Both the position numbers and the translations under genes were made by a program. The notes beneath the pieces were generated by a model. It did not search any database. It was not told the origin of the DNA and was given only the letters and a program-made list of their open reading frames with translations. From Ylistrum balloti (lineage: Eukaryota): a stretch of DNA of 64,000 nt. The DNA lies in NCBI RefSeq assembly GCF_031769215.1, contig NW_026782139.1, positions 992,001 to 1,056,000 of the forward strand, given 5' to 3'. Shown one piece after another: positions 55,101 to 64,000 of the stretch; the stretch's first letter is position 1, and each line of letters opens with the position of its first letter.

Positions 55101-58100
55101 CACTGAACATTGATGTTTATATCGGTGTGCTTTGTCATAAACCGTTACTTTTCTGTTAAGTGTATCTAATAATATCTTCTTAAAGTATGAGAGAACGCTT
55201 TGCATGCCAAATTAGCATCGTTTTGAATTCTAAGTAAATTGCAATATGAATATCGTAATGGTGTCTCCCACACAACCATTTCTGAATCAACAGCTTCTAA
55301 ACCCACTTTTGACGTCATTCAGAAGGATGTTTTCAATTACTGACACATACAACTGAAGTATCTATCAAGCCGTGATCATATTTCTCATTGATGCTTGTCT
55401 GCGAGAAACTAAGGTCATTGGGTTTTTGTCCGCAGCATACTTGCTGGATTCTGTGGTCAAACACACTCGATCTTTTACCATAATTGCAATAAGGCATCAA
55501 TCAATTTGATCTGTGTCACTTACGGAAAGGGGTTGAAATGTTACAAAAAAAGAAGACTCAAGAATTTCGATACATTAGGCTCTGAAACACGTACGGGCAA
55601 GTAGAGTGATTTTCCTGTTAACGGAGAGTATGGTCCGTGTTATAAATTTGTGTACCTTAATTTTAGAATACACTTCAACAAAAAGACAGAATTTGGTCAG
55701 AGGTTTGACATTCAGTTTATTCGGGTTCTTATGAAAAATTGAGTATGGCGAAAGATTTTGTAACATAGAGTTTGGTTCAACACTTTATGCTCTTTACGTT
55801 AATGACGAGTCCTTGAATGACGGAACAGCTGTATGATGCAGTTAATTCATTATCTGGCTTTACTGTATCTGATACAATATTTCATTCAAAGGTGTTATTT
55901 ACTCGTGTGTCTTGTGCACATCAATGACTTTGAATGACTGGTTGTTTGTTAGTACGTATGTATGTAATTGTTGGGATTGAGGTGTGATTAATTGTACACC
56001 TCCGTTCTTTTAGCCAGTCCTCCTGTCGTGCGGGGATAACTTTGCTTTTTCAAGTACTGTTACCGATATTTACTATATATGGATGCAGTCAGATACATAC
56101 TATATTACTTTATTGAATCGCAATTGATAAGTTATTTATATTTTCCACTCTTGGTGTCTTTCCTGAAACAACTCCTCAAACACCAAACTAGTCAAATTTC
56201 CCTTAGGTGAAATGTCTCACAATCAGCATATTAATGGCTGGTTCTGCTACGAATACATCAAGCATTTTCAATCTTACATTTACCGTTCTTAGGATGAGGA
56301 GTCGTAATTAGTGACCCATAAGACTAAACCAACATAACTTTACATCGATTTTTGTTTGCGAAGCATAGGGCAGGTCACTTAGGGGTTGCTTTCAATATGG
56401 TTGACTATAAACTGTTGAAAAAACACTCACTAGAACTGATGATTTTATATCATAATGCTGTATCTGTCTCTTCTGATACATGTTCGCTTAAAATATTACT
56501 AAAAAAGACATGCATATCCACATCACCTTTTATGGAAGGTTTGGTTTATTTTTTGATACTGTTTGTCGTCCTGTTAATATTTAACGTAATTTTAAAATGC
56601 TCTTTTTGTGTTAGGAATGCGATTGCGTGTGATTTGCGTCTGTGATTTTGGGAGAATATGATATGATTGCGTAAGCTTCCATGCGATAGTACGGAAATGC
56701 AGCCGACTTCATAGTACTTCCATATAGATTCATAAAGCTACTGGACCCCTAATGGGCACACCCTCCCCCCTCCAAACAATGGCATTATACTTACAAAGGC
56801 ACACCAAACATTATACTACCACATCGCTCATCGTAACATAATGGATAGTAATATGTATGTCTAGGTCAGGAGATAGACACTAAACCTGGTCAAGTTTGAC
56901 GACGTCGCCATTTTGTTTTTTTGTTTTCGTACGTGCGGTATTGGAAACGAAGACGAAATACATAGAAATTGGTACCAATAAAAGGTTCGTTTTAGTGTCT
57001 TTATATTGGTTAAGATACTTATTCATTTCGACAAGGAAACAAAAATGTCCTTTTCTTAGATTATATTAAACACTAGGCTAAGGACACCCGATTTGATCGT
57101 CTATAGGCGTTAAACTATCAGTCTGACTATTTTGTTTAATAGCTTGATGGTACAAGTGGCAAATCAGAATCACAGGATCCAAGCTACGTAATGTTCTTCG
57201 CTCCATTTATTGAATTATGAGCTGATTATACCTTCCTAGAATCATTTGAGGACGACATACTTCTTCTGGGTTCTATTACAATACACAAGGAATTCAATAA
57301 TATGTGGCCACACGTGTAATCAGAGGTCCTTTACTTCATCATTTCGCAGAAGCCATTCTCATTTAAGAATATCTGTAATTGTCGATCATAAACAACAGCG
57401 TAATTACGCGAACGATTTCACAACTTTCAAACTACAACAACTTTGCTCTATTAGATATCCTACCATTTCAATGTAATCGGCATTTATAATGTTACAACTA
57501 CAAGCTGATATCAAAGATATTCTGAAAATAAAACGTCTCTTACATAAATAAAACCGCACCTTATTTTCGGTTTTACTGTATAATGATATTGCATAATGTT
57601 GCCAAGTCGCTTGCTGCCAAAAACCTCATGTTTACTTTGATATATCTGTTTCATTTAGGAAGCAATTGGATTTGACAAAAGTCAACTTAAACTTTCATCC
57701 TTTTCATATCAAATCATCTAATAAATGTTACAAGTTAGATCGACGGGGTGTTATGGATGTATGAAGGACTGGAAGGCGGAGTGGAGAATACCATTGTTTG
57801 ACCCATATGCCTTTGGTTGAGGTCCCAAGGAGGCTGGAGATCAAATTCATTAAGCTGTTCAGCATCAAGTGTTAATTGCTTTTACGAATGGCATTAATGG
57901 CGGCAGTGTAGAAAGGGTTGCCATTAATAATACCTGTTATTACATTTATCCTACAATGGCTGATTCAGCTGCGCGACATTTCTATATTTCTAATCTGATT
58001 TGGCGTCATATATGGAAACGTGTATGCTACATTACTGCAGTGCATCTAGTAAACTACATATGAAAAGCCGCTATGTCTGGCAATAAGAGCAGCTTCCAAA

Positions 58101-61100
58101 ACAAAAGGTTCATGGGGCCTGTATTCCTCACCGCGATATTTTAGCTTTCACAATAAATATCTTATTTGCCATGGTATTGTTATATTTTTCGCAAAAGTTG
58201 TAAAGCCTCAAACTGAATTAAAGAAGTCGTCTCCTTACACATGGTTTCAAAAGATGCAGATTGATAATAATCTTGGANNNNNNNNNNNNNNNNNNNNNNN
58301 NNNNNNNNNNNNNNNNNNNNNNNNNNNNNNNNNNNNNNNNNNNNNNNNNNNNNNNNNNNNNNNNNNNNNNNNNNNNNNNNNNNNNNNNNNNNNNNNNNNN
58401 NNNNNNNNNNNNNNNNNNCTTAAACTTTCATACATATTTCTGTTCCCAAAGTTGGTCCTTGCTCCTTTGCATATTCCGGAGAGACAGGACCCTCTACAGG
58501 GCATTCAAACAAAATTCGGTCAAATTACTTACAGTATTATAAAGAAATTCCACCTTTTTTGGGTGCAGCCGCTTGGGCCAAAGACCTACCATTTACGTAA
58601 TGTTGATAACCGTTTCCTCAATCATGATTCTAAAGAAGTATTGTAAAATGCTGTACTTGTACCTACAACGATACATTCCAAGATTGGGAGGTTAGACCAA
58701 GGATGCTTCTAACTATGTTTGCAAAAAAAAATGCTTCTAAGGAAGAAGGATACCAAATCATTTGCTTTATATTCGATTTGGCACTGCCTTTCGCGTTCCA
58801 GTTGCAAGGCCCATTAATTTTACAAAATAAGCTTTCCTATTCCCAAAGAAATATTTTTGCTGAATTAATGGAAAGTACTGTACTCCTAGCAGAAGCATTT
58901 TAAAACCAAGTCGCAACTTTACTTTCACTATTTTTCCCCGCTTCTCTGCCACCAGGGAGTAAGACACACAGTAAATACAACTCTAAATGCATTTTTTTCC
59001 TGAATGCGGCAGAAAAAGACCCCATGAAAGTAATTCATTCGAGAGAAAAAAAAAAAGAAAAAATTACTATACATTGACTTTTGAAACCTGCCTTTAGAAC
59101 CCAGGGGATCGAGGTTCCACCACTTAAATAAAATTGATTTCTCTTCTCCAAAGGACACTTAGTAATAAATTTGATCGAATAGCCTTCATCCCAACGGAAG
59201 GAAAAGGCTTTTAAAACGAACCCTAAATTATTCCTTCTGTGCTTCGCTCCTCTGTCCCTTAGACCCCCAGTTATACAAATCGCGACTTGTTTACCAAAGG
59301 TTGCCACTGGTTACAATATTAAAAATGGTAAACCATAGACCTCGACACACTTATATATATCATAGGTAACTTAAGTAAAAACAAATGTTAGCATTATTAT
59401 GTCTGATGTAACCAAACATTTCTGAAAGTAAAGAATTTTGTGTTCCAAACTTGAAACTGTTAAGGTTATAATTAGCACAGTTGCGTCGTGCAGGCGGAAG
59501 GTCAATGCAGTCCAGTCTAAATGCGTAACAGTAAATAATTGATGACATGCCCCTCTCAGATGCTGTTATTCCAGTTTAAATCAACGTTTAACCTTTGCCC
59601 TAGCTTCCTTCTTTATAACTATAGCACCTGTCACGAATCTTGATTAAGAAGACCGTATTTTCAAGTAAATATGAAGAACTCTAAAGAAAAAGAAAAAAAA
59701 AACCCTCAGGTAATGGGCACAGAACCGTTCATCCTTCTCATTTCGGCAGATGCCATCAAAGGTGTTACTAGGTTAAGAGTCAGAGCAGATTAATGAAATG
59801 CTAAAACTGGAAAGACACATTTTTAAAGCTTCAGCGATTATTCTGAGATAGGGAGATGTTTTTGTGTTCATCATTTTATGGAACGTGCCCTAAATACGTC
59901 GAAGAGGTTATATTTTTTCTGATAGCTGTAAAACGTGTATTTTGGCGAATTAAAAAATCTTTCCGTTTGGGGTTGTTTGATGAATACTACTCGAGAGATC
60001 CACTAATACACTAAGTCCACATCTTACTTCCTGTTGATTTGAGTACTGGTACAGTTATGGAATCAATTATTTAGAGTACTAACAAAATCCACGAAAATAA
60101 CCTTCCCACGAAATTTGTCGATTTTACAGTATTGGTTTTTGTTCTGTTTGATACCGGCTTTAAAATTGGATTAAAATTTGAGTCGACAGTAATTGGAGCC
60201 AACATGCACGTAACATGTTAGTCACGTAGAATAACAACACCAAGGTAATGTGACCATGAACGTGGATTGAATTCATATAAAGCAAAATTAAGCAAATGGG
60301 TATCAAATGGCATTGGACTAGACGGATCTTTGTTTAAAAGGAATGCCATAAGGATTGTTTACCGCATAGTATGAATGCATGCCACTTCAAATCTGTCATT
60401 AACACGGTGATTAAAAACACAAGAAATCATGTCTGGCAGGCTAATATTGTATTTCGCGAACGTTCAAGGGAATGTCTCTGATGAAAGGAAATAAATGGTT
60501 CTAAATGACTATTATCAAGGTATAACAGATAACTTGGTTTTCAAATGAATGAAAATGGCCTACAATCAAAGGACACGTAAGCTAAGCCGAGCCTACTATT
60601 ACATTGCTGGTGCGACGATTTGATATACGGGTTATGGTTCTGATTGCTATTTTATCTAAATCAAACTATTTTATGGCCACAAGCTACGTCTCGATCTACT
60701 GGATTCAAGGACAGCCATAAGAACTAGCAATGTGCAAGCATTTCACGTGCGTTCAGAATGGTAAACATGGTCATAATCAGCGTTTGATTGTAAATTCAAA
60801 ATGAAAAACGCACTCAATAGTTTTTGGGTTATTTTTTGTAAAGAAACTTTTATTGTGTTTGTAAGGTTTGAATATCAAAAATATGCATAAAATTACAAAG
60901 AAAAGAAAAAGCTTGTATCGACCGTGTTACTTAAAGGGCGGGAGAAAAGGTTAAAGATGGAAACTATGTTTATCTTGATATCATCATAGTAATTAAATGC
61001 ATTATTTCCACGACTGCTTGGCACTATTGATGTTTTCCACTTGCGAACATGGAATTGTTTAATATGTTTTGTCGGCGTCTAGGACGGGGTTTCTTAGCGC

Positions 61101-62915
61101 TCGTTTTGTGTAGATTTTTATCATCACTTAGAGCAAAAACTAGTTAATTATATCATATACTACTTTGCTAAGAATAACTTTCAATTTTCAATTTTGGCTA
61201 TGTCATATTTTGCCAATGAATAGCAAAATCTTAAAGAAAGTAGCGTAATTTCCAAGCAAAAGAACTTTAATAAATCATGCGCAATTTCCCTATGTAAACC
61301 ATAGTTAATTTATCCGCGGAAATTTGAGACATTGGGGATGATGTCATTCACAGCTTTGCTAAAGAACCTTAAGAATCTTTCACCAATGGAGAGAGAGATT
61401 TGAATTTGAGTTCATTTTACCCCTTTTTGCCCTACTCCCAAAACCCCTGGGGAGCAGGAACAATATAATTCGCAACGTTGGTTCAACTTTGCAATGGCTT
61501 TTTTATCATTTGTTATCGCTATTTCTAGAGTAGTATGGGATTGATAATTCTCAAATTCCATATGCATGTTACCCTTGGTCCCCTGTTAAACCAAACTGTC
61601 AACTTGGATTTCGCCTGTAATAGTTTGTTAACGTTATTCATGAAAACACATTATAGATATCCTTCTTACATATCATTTACTTTTGTATGTTTCCCATGGT
61701 GCTATATTGCTCTTTGTTAATTTTTCATTTGATAGCAGAATGCAAAATGGCTGACAAGCGGCCATCTTGGATTTAACATTAATTAATGGTTGCTCTGAAG
61801 AGCTGGACTACACTTTTTTTTTTTTTTTTTCAAAATTCATTAAACGGGGGAGGGGATAAAAAATATGCCTGCTATTGCGGGTTTTTTTTTATTATCATTT
61901 GTTTACAGATATAGTGTGTTATCTCTATTTCTTTAAAGTATTGGATGGTTAAATTTCACCTGGGTGTATCTCTTTGATATGCTTAGTCCCGTTTGGGACT
62001 TATTAAAACGCTGATAGATGGTCATATGGCATCCGTTTCCTTGAAGCAATGAATGGATACTTGTCTTAATAAGAATGTTTTACTTTGTGCCTTACTGTCC
62101 ATATGCAGTTAACAAAGCAAATAACAGGAAATAATAGAAAAGAAAGGAAAATGTCAAACTAATAAAGGACAAATAACGACCTTACAATTGTGGGCGCCAA
62201 GATTCCTCTCGGCTCTCTTGTTAGAGACCCTGTGTTGTAAGTTTGTCAGCTGTCACCATCTTTCAGGCAAATCGTAACAGTGGTAACAAGCCTTGGAAGA
62301 GTGCCGTGATAAGTGAAATAAGTGTCAATTTGACGGATTGTGTTTGTTGAGGATGGAAGACAGAATTATAGCTATAGTCGAGATGGAGTTCGATGTTACT
62401 GACCTCATTCCAAGAGTTTCATGTCCTAACCAATGCATCAAGGTTATATTTTTTAAAGAAAAAAAGACAAATGAATATACAAATGTGCTGTATTTATTTT
62501 TACGAATTAATTTATCTTATTTTTTATTACTTTTACCTTAATTTTCATCATACACCTACATGTTAACCGGTGAAAGTGGATTGTTATTATATAAATATCG
62601 TATTTGATTTGACGTGGATTTAGTCTGTCGGTCGTGAATGATTTAAATTTGCCACTTGACGGTACACACATGATATTGTCGTGTAATTAATAATGCTATA
62701 TGATCAGAATGATTTGGCGAAGGTAATCTAATAACTTCGTATCAGTCATGATGTCGGGAATTACGATCTACTCATTAATTACATTTTGAATTAACGTCAG
62801 ACATTGTCAGTATTTAAGAAACTGTCGGGTACTAGGTTAGGACAACTATGCAAATCGGAAGTAAACAGTAATGCCTTCACACAGTAAATTTCATGTCTGT
62901 TTCAGTTGAAAAATG

Positions 62916-62993
62916 TTAAAAGTCATGTTTCCTGAGTGTTTGATTACTTTGATATTAAAAGTCATGCTTTATGAGTGTTTGATTATTTTGACA
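62916..62993. repeat. 39-bp tandem duplication
   Basis: ttaaaagtcatg.tt...gagtgtttgatta.tttga begins at 62916 and at 62955. Confidence 0.8.
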
Positions 62994-64000
62994 TGAACTG
63001 GAAACAGCATCGACTTTAAGATCGAACAAAAGTTAAATTATTTGATATTTGCAGAGTTGTAGCAATTACTTATTGCAAACATTAAACTCTCCCAGAATTT
63101 TTCCTTGAGGATTACAAATATCAATAAATCCTTTTTATCGGTAAAGAAAATGCAAAAAATGCTGAATGCGAATTACCAATTTAAACGGAAAACGGGTCGT
63201 TCATCTTACATAATGAATATTTAAACTGTTGAGTAATGGTATGAATCTGTTAAATTGGGAAATTATACAGGACACTGTTGTGTATTTAACTGTAGTAATC
63301 AATACCCTTTTGTTTATTTCATGTCTCCTGCCATTAGAGAATTGAAAAGAACGAAGAGTTACCAATATAGAATCAATTAAAATCAAAACAGATGCAAGAC
63401 ACGAAATGTAATGTTCACTATCGGATGAATATCTGTTTGTGTTGTAAATGATGTTTGTAGAACATGAATTTGTGTCCCCATGGAGTGATGATAGAATAGA
63501 GCAGCTTCTGCCAACAGGTAGATTTTAAAACCAGAAAAAAATATTCGACATTGAAATATTTTGTGTTTTGTTTTGCACCTTGTCGACTGCTGAATATGTG
63601 ACTTCCTCGAGGATGGTAGGCCAATCAAGACGCTATTAGAGTGCTATCACACTGAAATATCATAACGGGGACACCATGGCTCTTAAAGAATGTCACTCAC
63701 TTTGTAAGACAGACAGACAGACCAAAAATTGACAGCTAGTCATCAGGTCTGTTTTTGTACTGTGTTTTGACTCGTTGACAATAATATTGCCCAAAAAGGG
63801 GCCAAACATCAAATGAGACGCTTACAATACGGAACTTATAATCTAACATTTCTTAAACGTAACAAGTAAACTGGATGCAAAGCGTTTATCTTATAGCAGC
63901 GGTACACAGCACGCAAGAAATTAAATGAGAGAGAGGCAGAAACTGCATATAATCATTTCATAGATTATAAGTTAAAAATATTTACGAGACTATTTAAAGT

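Noticed and set aside
58419-59310. Compositionally odd stretch after the 58.3-kb gap with several short ORFs
   Set aside because: Homopolymer-rich with no coherent frame or motif; may be low-quality gap-fill or decayed repeat.
52200-64000. A fourth SIAE copy or other gene upstream of SIAE-A
   Set aside because: I found none of the diagnostic SIAE motifs and no convincing exon; only decayed repeats.

Overview
AT-rich animal genomic DNA, most likely a bivalve mollusc (inferred from gene content and repeat style). It contains four assembly gaps (about 24091-24657, 24750-24897, 28975-29108, 58278-58418). I reconstructed spliced genes by hand, and every gene I can support is on the minus strand. 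From right to left: three head-to-tail, nine-exon, frame-intact sialate O-acetylesterase (SIAE-like, SGNH/SASA family) paralogues (A 38491-52109, B 27775-36707, C 16865-26817); a complete four-coding-exon secreted C-type lectin (11044-14138); and the first coding exon of a neuromedin-U/pyrokinin/CAPA (PRXamide)-type GPCR (3531-3780), whose remaining exons probably lie left of the window. Introns and intergenic DNA hold TTAA-flanked MITEs, a 102-bp palindromic element, tRNA-derived SINE remnants, decayed retroelement fragments and microsatellites. I found no convincing exon in 52.2-64 kb. The main points of interest are the SIAE triplication, with variable active-site loops, a GQSN-to-DQSN change in paralogue C and an apparently mosaic exon 8, and its position next to an atypical lectin (QPN/WND motifs, extra Cys pair, His-rich). 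Together these may form a glycan de-O-acetylation and recognition locus, which is inference only.
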